A DNA stretch of 64,000 nucleotides from contig OY764083.1 in NCBI GenBank assembly GCA_963668095.1, positions 738,322-802,321 of the forward strand, given 5' to 3'. A program made the translations under genes and the position numbers. Each line of letters begins with the position of its first letter. The first letter of the stretch is position 1. The DNA comes from Acidobacteriota bacterium. Lineage in GTDB: Bacteria > Acidobacteriota > UBA6911 > RPQK01 > JAJDTT01. A model generated the notes under the pieces. That model was given only the letters and a program-made list of their open reading frames with translations. It was not told the DNA's origin and did not search any database. This document shows positions 56,301-64,000 of this stretch, piece by piece.

Positions 56301-57515
56301 TCACCGCAGCGGATTCTCGTACCAGACCACGTTCCGGCTGTGTCTGCCGGCCACGAGCAGGTCCAGATCCCCATCCCCATCCAGATCCACGGCGCGAATG
56401 TCGTAGGACTCCTGATCGCGATCCAGGACATGGACCCGGAACCGCCCCGAACCGTCGTTTTCGTACCAGGCGGCCATTCTGGAGCCAAAGGCGCAGGTCG
56501 CCGCATCCATATCGCCGTCCTGATCCAGATCGGCCACGGTCAGAGCGTGAGGTTCCCGGATCTCGGGATGGATGTCATGGACCTTCCAATGGGGCGCTTC
56601 GAACCAGATCACGCCGCGAGCATGCCCCCGGGAGGCCACGAAATCGACTTGGCCGTCTCCGTTGACGTCGGCCGGATGGATATTGGTGGCTCCGGGCTCG
56701 ACGCCTCCCAACCGGTGCCGCTTCCAGGCCGCTTCAGGATCTTTCGGAGCCTCCCACCAAGCGAACCAATTCCCCAGACCCGTCGTGTCGGAAGGACCTC
56801 CCTTGGCGGCCGAGGCCGCGTCGGGACGGCCGTCTCCGTTGACGTCTCCAAATCCCAGATAGTGACTGAGCCCCGGCGCATCCCGGTGGGCGAAGATGAA
56901 ACGATGCCAGGAATCGGCCTCCTTCGGTTTTTCCGGAACCCGGTACCAGGCCAGGGATTCGGGGAACGGCCCCAGGGGCTGGGCGCTGGTGGCCAATAGA
57001 TCCAAGCGCCCGTCCCGGTCCACGTCACCGGTCAACAGCCCATGAATGCCGTCCACCTGATCGTCGACCAGCCGCTCCTTCCAGATCTCGGTCTCGGGGT
57101 TTTCAGGATGCTCCAACCAGGTGATCAGTCCCGGCTTGTAGCGAGCTCCGATCCAGTCCAGGTCACCGTCGCCGTCCACGTCCATGACCTCGCTGTGGAT
57201 GAAGTCCCGTTCGTCCTCGGGCCCCAGAAGGATCTCCTTCCATTCGGGAGCCACCAGCAGGCGGGTTCGGCCGCCGCTGTTGGCGATGACGTCGGGCAGC
57301 CCGTCTCCCGTGAAGTCTCCGCCCACGGCGGTGAGGGCGGTGGCGCCGGAATAGACCTGGTGCTTGCGCCATGTCCCTTTTCCGGCGGCGGCCATAGCCG
57401 GATCCAGAGACAGGAAAAGAGCCATTGTCGCGGCCACCGCAGTTGGGAAACGGAAGCAACGGAGTCTCGACGTCGCCCTCGAAAAAGCATGGTCTCGTTG
57501 AATCGACTGCATCAT
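56301..57515 (-). CDS. FG-GAP / VCBS-repeat beta-propeller protein, secreted
   Basis: Start about 57515 (MMQSIQRD... with hydrophobic signal AVAATMALFLSL). Repeated DxDGDGxxD calcium-binding loops (DVDGDGDLD, DVNGDGRPD, DLDGDGDLD) characteristic of FG-GAP/ASPIC-UnbV-like repeats. Confidence 0.6.
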   Translation of the reverse strand: MMQSIQRDHAFSRATSRLRCFRFPTAVAATMALFLSLDPAMAAAGKGTWRKHQVYSGATALTAVGGDFTGDGLPDVIANSGGRTRLLVAPEWKEILLGPEDERDFIHSEVMDVDGDGDLDWIGARYKPGLITWLEHPENPETEIWKERLVDDQVDGIHGLLTGDVDRDGRLDLLATSAQPLGPFPESLAWYRVPEKPKEADSWHRFIFAHRDAPGLSHYLGFGDVNGDGRPDAASAAKGGPSDTTGLGNWFAWWEAPKDPEAAWKRHRLGGVEPGATNIHPADVNGDGQVDFVASRGHARGVIWFEAPHWKVHDIHPEIREPHALTVADLDQDGDMDAATCAFGSRMAAWYENDGSGRFRVHVLDRDQESYDIRAVDLDGDGDLDLLVAGRHSRNVVWYENPLR

Positions 57516-57677
57516 TCCTCCTGCGAAAACCGGAACCGCCGAACGCTTGGACTGAAAGGATTCTCCTGCCCCGTGAGCTAACGACATCTCCGGGCAGACG
57601 TGAGTCTATTCGGAGGCCGGAGAGGGTAGCAAGATCCTGACCCGAATCGCCGGGACCAGACGGTATACTCTCTGGCC

Positions 57678-59867
57678 ATGCGCTGGGGCATGGCCTGGGC
57701 TTTGATCCTGCTCTCACTGTGCCCCGCTCTAGGGGCCCTGGAGGGAAGACTTCTCTTCCCCGACGGAACCCCCGTGGCAGGGGCCCGGGTCACGATCCTG
57801 GAACATCCCGGTCAGAGCCGAACCGACCGGGAGGGGCGATTCATCTGGTCTCCCGATCCTTCCGTACCGTTTGAAGTTCGAGTCGAACTCCCAGGCGGAC
57901 ACGATACCTTGCACATCGTCGTGCGGGAAGCGGTCCCGGAAGGGCCCCTCGAGATGGTGGTCCGGCCGCTCTTCCGAGAGGCGCTGACGGTGACGGCCGG
58001 CAGCCCGACACGCACCGGGACCACGCCGGCCAGCGCCCTGGACCTGGTGACTCGGGAGGAGTTGGCTCAGAGCCGGCCCGCCCGGCTGATCGAAGCGGTC
58101 GAAGGAATCCCGGGCGTGGGCCGGATCTCGGCGGGTCACGCCAGCGTGCCCTCCATTCGGGGCCTGGCGCGGGGCCGGACGTTGATTCTCCTGGACGGCG
58201 CCAGGGTCATCTCGGAAAGAAGAGCCGGACCCAGCGCGTCGTACCTGGACCCCTTCTTCCTGGACCGGGTGGAAGTGGTTCGGGGGCCCGGTTCCGTCGC
58301 CTACGGGTCCGACGCCTTCGGCGGCGTCATTCACGCCCTGACCCGGAGACCGGACCCGGAATCGGGTTACGGAGCTCGATTCACGGGCAGTCTCGGTTAC
58401 GGCATGCCCGAGCAGAGCGCGGGTCTGGAGGTGAGCCGAAGTCTGGAATCGGGGTCCGTCTTCTTTCTGGGAAGCCTCAGAAACTTCGGCGACTATCGGA
58501 GCTCCGGAGTCACCGTGGACAATTCGGCCGCCCGCAATCGCTCGTTCCTGGCGGGCACCCAACTCCAACTCGCAGGAGGAGAACTCTCCTTCGGATGGCA
58601 GACGGACCGGGGCCACGATCTGGGCCGGCCCACCTTGCGCTCGCCCCACATTCGAACCTTCTACCCGGAAGAAGATTCCGACCGCATGAACGTCGCCTTC
58701 GAGTCGAAGTCCATCGGCAGGTTCGAACAGATCCGGGTTGAAGGGTCGATGGGCCGATATGCCCTGATCACGGACAGGGAGCACCTCCCTTCACCGAGCC
58801 AGGACCGCCAATTGCAACGGTCTCGAGTCTCCGCCCGCCATTTCGATTTCCGCGTGCACGCCACCTCCCCCCTGAAATGGACCCGGCTGGAGATGGGACT
58901 CGACGTCAATGGCCGCTTCGGTCTCCATTCCGAGAATACGACCCGCAGCTTCGATGCCGGGAATCGCCCCACCTCCATCCATGCCGCCGCTTCCATCGAG
59001 GACGCCAGCCGCATCAACCTGGCTCCCTTTCTTTCCGCGGAGGTGATGGTCAATTCCTTTCTGTCCCTTTGGGCAGGCGGACGCTGGGATCAGGTCTCCA
59101 GCGCCAGCCGCGGGTCTCTGGGAGAATTCAACAGGATCGGGCGGGCGCTCTCCGGCTATCTTGCGATCGTCACGCGTCCCCTGCCCCCGCTCCAACTCAC
59201 GGCTCAGCTCTCCCGGGGCTTCCGGGAACCCACCCTGTCGGACCGCTATTTCCAGGGAGTCAGCGGCCGCGGCCTGGTTCACGGAAACCCCAACCTGGCT
59301 CCCGAAACCAGCCGGCAGTGGGACGTTTCGGCCCGGTGGTCCGGAAACGACTGGCGCTGGGACCTGTTCCTGTACCGGTACGAGATCCGCCAATTGGTGG
59401 AGCGCTTTGAAGCCGAACCTCGACGTTTCTTCTTCCGCAACCGCGGATCGGCCGTCTTGAGTGGAGTGGAGTTGGAGCTGCACCGCCATATCGGAGAAGG
59501 ACTGTCCGTGGGACTGGGAGGTCACGTTGCCAGGGGCCGGACCCAAGAAGACGGGAATCCGCTGGACGACGTCTCCGCCCCCGCGCTCACGGTGATCGTC
59601 GGCAAGACTCTGGGTGCGCGGAGCCACCTCTGGCTCCATGGGCGTTCCTTTGCCCGGGACTCCAGGGCCGGTCCCACGGAGGCGCCCACTCCGGGCTTCG
59701 GCGCGTTGGATCTTTCCTGGAGTTGGCTGTTGGATTCACGGACCCAGCTCCGGTTCCTGGTCAGGAACCTCACCGACAAGGACTACCCGGCCAGTCCCGA
59801 CCGCTGGTCCGTACCGGCCCCGGGCCGAAGTCTTCTTCTCAGTCTCATGTACAATCTAAGTAATTAA
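57678..59867 (+). CDS. TonB-dependent outer-membrane receptor with N-terminal carboxypeptidase-regulatory-like domain
   Basis: 729 aa, ATG 57678. Signal peptide. LLFPDGTPVAGARVTIL (CarbopepD_reg-like). Plug domain with DRVEVVRGPGSVAYGSDAFGGVIHA. C-terminal barrel ending in an aromatic-terminal-type sequence (LMYNLSN). Confidence 0.8.
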   Translation: MRWGMAWALILLSLCPALGALEGRLLFPDGTPVAGARVTILEHPGQSRTDREGRFIWSPDPSVPFEVRVELPGGHDTLHIVVREAVPEGPLEMVVRPLFREALTVTAGSPTRTGTTPASALDLVTREELAQSRPARLIEAVEGIPGVGRISAGHASVPSIRGLARGRTLILLDGARVISERRAGPSASYLDPFFLDRVEVVRGPGSVAYGSDAFGGVIHALTRRPDPESGYGARFTGSLGYGMPEQSAGLEVSRSLESGSVFFLGSLRNFGDYRSSGVTVDNSAARNRSFLAGTQLQLAGGELSFGWQTDRGHDLGRPTLRSPHIRTFYPEEDSDRMNVAFESKSIGRFEQIRVEGSMGRYALITDREHLPSPSQDRQLQRSRVSARHFDFRVHATSPLKWTRLEMGLDVNGRFGLHSENTTRSFDAGNRPTSIHAAASIEDASRINLAPFLSAEVMVNSFLSLWAGGRWDQVSSASRGSLGEFNRIGRALSGYLAIVTRPLPPLQLTAQLSRGFREPTLSDRYFQGVSGRGLVHGNPNLAPETSRQWDVSARWSGNDWRWDLFLYRYEIRQLVERFEAEPRRFFFRNRGSAVLSGVELELHRHIGEGLSVGLGGHVARGRTQEDGNPLDDVSAPALTVIVGKTLGARSHLWLHGRSFARDSRAGPTEAPTPGFGALDLSWSWLLDSRTQLRFLVRNLTDKDYPASPDRWSVPAPGRSLLLSLMYNLSN

Positions 59868-59887
59868 TTCATAAATACATATAAATA

Positions 59888-60847
59888 TTGGAAATGGGAG
59901 GGTCCACGATGGCTGTCGACTCCATGCACTTGAGGGAAATGACGTCCCCGGACCGGTCGGAAGTGGCCGAGCTCATCTACGCCTCCATCAACGCCTGGTA
60001 CGGACTCCGAGGCCTGGGCCAGCCCTTTCAGGGATCACCCAAGGTCACGGAGATCTTCCATGAGGTCTACTCGGCGACGGGTTCCAGCCGTTGTGTCATA
60101 GCGGAGAATGCCCGCACCGGGCGTCTCATGGGCTCCTGCTTCTACCATCCCCGAAAGACCCATGTGGGACTGGGCATCATGACCGTCCATCCCAACTACT
60201 TCGGTTTCGGCGCCGGGAGCAGGCTCCTGGAGTACATCTGCCGCTTTACCGACGAGAACGGGTACCAGGCCCTGCGCCTGACCCAGAGCGCCCTCAACCT
60301 GGACTCCTTCTCGCTCTACAACCGGTACGGCTTCGTCCCCCGTCAGGCCTACCAGGACATGATCCTCCAGGTGCCCGAGGCGGGCCTGGATCACGGGGTG
60401 CCCGGACTCGACCGGGTCCGGGACGCCACTTTGGACGACGTCCCGGCCCTGGCGGCTCTGGAGATGGAGGTGAGCGGCGTGAGCCGCGAGGAGGATTATC
60501 GGCTCTGCATCAATAACGAACTGGGATTCTGGACAGTCTCGGTCTACGAGGGATCCGGCGGAAACATCGAAGGGTTTCTGGCTTCGTCGTCTCACCCCGC
60601 CTTCAACATGCTTGGTCCGGGCGTGATTCGAACGGAACCACAAGCGGCGGCCCTGATCCACACGGAACTGGACCGGCACCGCGGACGTACGCCGGTCTTC
60701 CTGGTGCCGGTGGACCGCTACGGCCTCGTCCGGCAGATGTACGACTGGGGCGCCCGCAATTGCGAACTCCACTTCTGCCAGGTCAGGGGCCGATACCAGC
60801 CCTACCAAGGCATCAACATGCCGACGTTTCTCCTGGAAACCGCCTGA
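59888..60847 (+). CDS. GNAT-family N-acetyltransferase (tandem GNAT-like halves)
   Basis: 319 aa (several possible start Ms at 59888-59909). Acetyl-CoA motif-A-like GLGIMTVHPNYFGFGAGSRLLEYI. Preceded by an unusually AT-rich spacer (taattaattcataaatacatataaatattgg). Confidence 0.6.
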   Translation: MEMGGSTMAVDSMHLREMTSPDRSEVAELIYASINAWYGLRGLGQPFQGSPKVTEIFHEVYSATGSSRCVIAENARTGRLMGSCFYHPRKTHVGLGIMTVHPNYFGFGAGSRLLEYICRFTDENGYQALRLTQSALNLDSFSLYNRYGFVPRQAYQDMILQVPEAGLDHGVPGLDRVRDATLDDVPALAALEMEVSGVSREEDYRLCINNELGFWTVSVYEGSGGNIEGFLASSSHPAFNMLGPGVIRTEPQAAALIHTELDRHRGRTPVFLVPVDRYGLVRQMYDWGARNCELHFCQVRGRYQPYQGINMPTFLLETA

Positions 60848-61042
60848 CTCCGTGATTGTCCGGGGAGAGCTTCAGCTCTGGAACGGGCCCCTTCCCGCAC
60901 CCTGTCGGGCAAACCGATTTCCGGTCCCATTGAGACGCGGAACCCTTTTGTCGGACTGTGAATCGTCATCCCTGTTAAGCTTTCGGTCTCGAGCACGCAC
61001 TGCAGGCGATGACCCTGCGCCGCCCTCACGTCGGTATGACCC

Positions 61043-61744
61043 ATGGAAGGCAAACTGACCGTCGTCATTCCCGTCTACAACGAACGCGGCATGGTGGAGG
61101 AGGTGCTGCAGCGGGTCGCCGAGGCGCCTCTGAGAAAAGAGGTCATCGTCGTGGACGACGGTTCCGATGACGGGTCCCGCGAGATCCTGGAACGCCTCTC
61201 GGAACATGCCACCCTTCCGGATGGACTCCTTATCCTCTTCCACGAACGGAATCGGGGCAAGGGAGCCGCGGTTCGGACCGGGATCGCTCAAGCCACCGGA
61301 GACTGGATCCTGATTCAAGACGCCGATCTGGAATATGATCCCCGTGACTATCCTCAGCTTCTGGCCCCGCTCCTGGACGGCCGCGCCGACGTGGTCTACG
61401 GCAGCCGCTTCCTGGGTGGCGCCGGTCAGACCCGCTATTTCCATCACTATCTGGCGAATCGATTCCTGACGTTCGTGACCAACCTGTTGACCAACTTGAA
61501 GCTGACGGACATGGAAACCGGCTACAAGGTCTTCCGCCGGCAGGTCTTGGACGGCATCCGGCTCCGGTCGAACGGCTTCGAGTTCGAACCCGAGATCACG
61601 GCCAAATTGGCTCGCAACGGTTACCGAATCTACGAGGTTCCTATCTCATACAACAGCCGCTCCTACCGGGAAGGGAAGAAAATCACCTGGGTCGATGGAC
61701 TCAAGGCGTTGTGGGCCCTGTTTCGCTACCGGTTCTTCTCGTAA
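61043..61744 (+). CDS. family 2 glycosyltransferase (polyprenyl-phosphate sugar transferase / DPM1-like)
   Basis: 233 aa. LTVVIPVYNE, VVDDGSDDGS and QDADLEYDP (DxD) motifs. Confidence 0.8.
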   Translation: MEGKLTVVIPVYNERGMVEEVLQRVAEAPLRKEVIVVDDGSDDGSREILERLSEHATLPDGLLILFHERNRGKGAAVRTGIAQATGDWILIQDADLEYDPRDYPQLLAPLLDGRADVVYGSRFLGGAGQTRYFHHYLANRFLTFVTNLLTNLKLTDMETGYKVFRRQVLDGIRLRSNGFEFEPEITAKLARNGYRIYEVPISYNSRSYREGKKITWVDGLKALWALFRYRFFS

Positions 61745-61858
61745 GAGACAGGAGGTTTTTTGTCGCCCGACTTTCCCGGGCTCATTCCGCAGTCCACCCA
61801 TTGCCTCTACGGCCGACCGGTACGCAGGAGTCCGGCGGCAAGAAAGCCGCCGCCCCCC

Positions 61859-64000
61859 CTACTTGCGGCGTGTCCAGGTTTCGAAATTCCAGAGCTCCGA
61901 GTCCCAGGCGTTCATCCAGACGCCCTCGATGTCGTTGGAGTGGGCCGAAATGTTCCCGCGGTGAATCAATGGGATGAGGGAATAGCTTTGGACGAGCAGG
62001 TCGTTCAACTCGACGGTGAGTTCGTCACGCCGGTCCTTACCGACCGTCCTTTGGAGTTCGGCATAGAGCCGATCGTATTCGTCCGATTGGAAGCGCGGGA
62101 CGTTCGAACTACGGAAGGAGTTTGACGCTCCGACGATCTGGGACGTGACCCACGACCCCAGATAGCCCTCCGGGTCGGGGGCACCCGCCCCGTTGGCGAA
62201 CATCTGGACGTCGGCATAGAACCGGCCCAAAGTATCCGGGTCGTCCGGATCGCCGCCGAAGTACACCGATGGATTGATGTCCTTCAACTCGGTTTCGACA
62301 CCGATTTCGGCCCACCAGCCCTTGATGTGTTCCTGCGTCGCCTGCCTGACCGAGTTCGTTGAGGTCTGATACAGGATCTTTAGCGGCACCCCATTGCGTT
62401 CCCGCACGCCGTCACCGTCCGAATCCACGATCCCCGCGTCGTCGAGAATCTGGTTGGCGAGATCGATGTTCTGGACCAGGCATTCGTCGTTCCTGGTCGA
62501 GGTCTGGGCCGGCGAACCGATCCAGACATTGCACGTCAACCGGCCGGCCTCGCCATAGCCGACCCTGACCAAGGTGTCGCGGTCGATGGCAAGGGAGAGG
62601 GCCCGGCCCACCACCGGATCGGTCAGGAACGGGTGGGGGTTCGTCCCGTCCGCGTACTCCGAACGAACTTCTCCAAGGCTGGGGTCCGGGTTCGTCTGGT
62701 TGAGCATGAGACGCTCGACCAACGTGGCGAAGGCCGTGACGACGGTTCCAGAGCCGCCTTCGGCCAGGGAATCGAGGACATCGGGCTCGACTTGGAGATT
62801 CCAGGCGTAGTCGGCTTCGTTCAACTCCAGAACGGATCCGGCCGCCGCGGCTGCGGTGCCTCCCCCTTGCAGCATGACCTCGCCGAAATGGGGGACGCCG
62901 TAGTCGACGCCGCGGTAGAGCGGATTGAACTCATAGCGGATGGAACCGGTGGTGCCGAAATCGGCAACAACGTAGGGGCCCGTGCCGATGGGCCGTTGGT
63001 TTGCCTCCGTACAACCGCTCGTCGCAGCGCCAAGGCAATCCGCGAACTGAGAAGCCTGAAGGATCGGACTGAATGCGGACACGAACGGTTCATATGGGAA
63101 CGACGTCGGCGCGTCGAACGTGATGGCGACGGTCCGGTCGTCGACGGCGTCCACGGAGGACACGTTGGCAAATTTTTTGGTCTGGAAGCAGCCGGCATTC
63201 GGCGCAGTGCAATATTGCCATGTGAACACAACGTCGCCCGATGTGAGTGGCGTGCCGTCGGACCAGACGGCATCGTTGCGAAGCGTCCAGGTGATCCGGC
63301 TTCGGTCAGGGGAGATGCCTCCGTTGGCGAGCGTCGGAATCCGGGTCGCCAGAACCGGGACCAATTCGCCGTCGGGGTTGTACTCGGCCAGTGGCTCGAT
63401 GACCAGCGATGCCGCCTCGGCATCCTTGTTGCCCGTCGAAAGATACGGATTGAGGATGGACGGGGCCTGCCAATACCGAAGCGTCGCCGTCCCGCCCTGG
63501 CCGGCGACATCCGCGAAATAGCCGGCGCCGATGAGGATCGGCTGTCCATGGGAGACCACCCGCTTGACGAATATCACCTTCCGACGCTTCGTCTGCGTGG
63601 CGGGATTGAGAGACTTGTAGTAGAGGAACGTCTCGCCGAAAGCCTGCGCCACGCTCAGGTCGTCCCGGTCGCTGAGCGACGTCAACTCGGAATCGGCGTA
63701 GGACCACTGTTCAAATGACGGGTCCCCGCTGAAAAGCGTCTTGCCGTGCCGGTCCACGCCGAACACGTAGATCGACTTGTGCGTCCACCGCGGGTCGGCG
63801 GACAGCGAAATGGCGGCAAAGTACCCGTTCGCTTCCAACTCCAGCGCGGCGCAGCGGACGAATGTCTGCAGCCTATCGGCGGAAGGATCGGAGCCAAGCT
63901 CCATGGCGTTGACTTCTTCCGGACTGCAGGTCACCGGGAGGTCCGCACGGTAGATCCCCGCGCCGATGGCGGATGGTGTCCCATCCCAATCGATCCCCTT
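61859..64000 (-). CDS. sCache_2-domain + family-5 solute-binding-protein (SBP_bac_5) fusion protein; N-terminus beyond window end
   Basis: The minus-strand ORF is open through position 64000 (no stop upstream of track start 63934, which is GTG). An sCache_2-like segment (NGYFAAISLSADPRWTHKSIYVFGVDRHGKTLFSGDPSF ... GETFLYYKSLNPATQTKRRKVIFVKRVVSHGQPILIGAGYF) is followed by a complete SBP family-5 body (LRYWQAPSILNPYL..., WSDGTPLTSGDVVFTW...). Confidence 0.65.
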   Translation of the reverse strand, partial: KGIDWDGTPSAIGAGIYRADLPVTCSPEEVNAMELGSDPSADRLQTFVRCAALELEANGYFAAISLSADPRWTHKSIYVFGVDRHGKTLFSGDPSFEQWSYADSELTSLSDRDDLSVAQAFGETFLYYKSLNPATQTKRRKVIFVKRVVSHGQPILIGAGYFADVAGQGGTATLRYWQAPSILNPYLSTGNKDAEAASLVIEPLAEYNPDGELVPVLATRIPTLANGGISPDRSRITWTLRNDAVWSDGTPLTSGDVVFTWQYCTAPNAGCFQTKKFANVSSVDAVDDRTVAITFDAPTSFPYEPFVSAFSPILQASQFADCLGAATSGCTEANQRPIGTGPYVVADFGTTGSIRYEFNPLYRGVDYGVPHFGEVMLQGGGTAAAAAGSVLELNEADYAWNLQVEPDVLDSLAEGGSGTVVTAFATLVERLMLNQTNPDPSLGEVRSEYADGTNPHPFLTDPVVGRALSLAIDRDTLVRVGYGEAGRLTCNVWIGSPAQTSTRNDECLVQNIDLANQILDDAGIVDSDGDGVRERNGVPLKILYQTSTNSVRQATQEHIKGWWAEIGVETELKDINPSVYFGGDPDDPDTLGRFYADVQMFANGAGAPDPEGYLGSWVTSQIVGASNSFRSSNVPRFQSDEYDRLYAELQRTVGKDRRDELTVELNDLLVQSYSLIPLIHRGNISAHSNDIEGVWMNAWDSELWNFETWTRRK

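Noticed and set aside
54551-56506. 651-aa minus-strand ORF
   Set aside because: Antisense to hflX, whose G-domain motifs are unambiguous on the plus strand.
57516-57677. Cobalamin or other riboswitch upstream of the TonB-dependent receptor
   Set aside because: The region is only about 160 nt, divergent from the FG-GAP gene. It lacks the conserved B12-box (GCCACTG-like) and other recognisable riboswitch cores.
57729-58784. 351-aa minus-strand ORF
   Set aside because: Antisense to the TonB-dependent receptor gene.

Overview
This is a high-GC (about 65%) bacterial chromosomal segment with roughly 50 protein genes, two tRNA genes, and a repeat-rich mobile-DNA island. The taxon cannot be fixed from sequence. 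The mix of Gfo/Idh/MocA oxidoreductases, a secreted metzincin, an FG-GAP protein and a TonB receptor with a carboxypeptidase-regulatory-like N-terminus would fit Acidobacteriota- or Gemmatimonadota-like soil bacteria, but this is inference.

Gene content is mostly housekeeping and catabolic:
- Deoxy-sugar and ketoacid aldolases: DhnA-type aldolase, RhaEW-like bifunctional aldolase/SDR, two HpcH/HpaI aldolases.
- hyuA/hyuB hydantoinase/oxoprolinase next to a DedA/TVP38 protein, a Lpd/MerA-family flavoprotein and fdhD.
- hpt, trxB, a leuB-family dehydrogenase, hflX and a 7Fe ferredoxin.
- A DtxR-family regulator coupled to an acyl-CoA synthetase.
- A five-gene Opp/Dpp-type peptide ABC transporter.
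- A secreted 1037-aa matrixin-like metalloprotease operon.
- Glycosyltransferases.
- tRNA-Arg(CCG) and tRNA-Glu(UUC).

The most unusual content is a REP-associated tyrosine transposase (RAYT / IS200-like HuH Y1 transposase, 35087..36022) bracketed by ~45-bp direct repeats. Each repeat carries an A/T-stem hairpin with a GGGGACAGTC loop. A dispersed family of more than 12 copies of the same 9-10-nt core lies in intergenic or gene-terminal positions across the window (33.6, 34.3, 34.8, 36.2, 40.2, 45.4 kb). Some copies form tandem clusters, some interrupt a spondin-like gene, and some supply the terminal codons of ABC-transporter genes. A second notable item is a partial gene at the right edge that fuses an sCache_2 sensor domain to a family-5 solute-binding protein.

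Caveats:
- The ORF track renders GTG/TTG first codons as M, so many real starts are internal; I recomputed likely starts by codon counting from ORF-table ends.
- In two places (near 30499 and 40091) my manual base counting disagreed with the ORF table by 1 nt. Hand-derived coordinates for repeats and regulatory sites may therefore be off by 1-3 nt.
- Many long GC-rich antisense shadow ORFs in the track were rejected.
- No database search was possible; all family assignments rest on recognised motifs.
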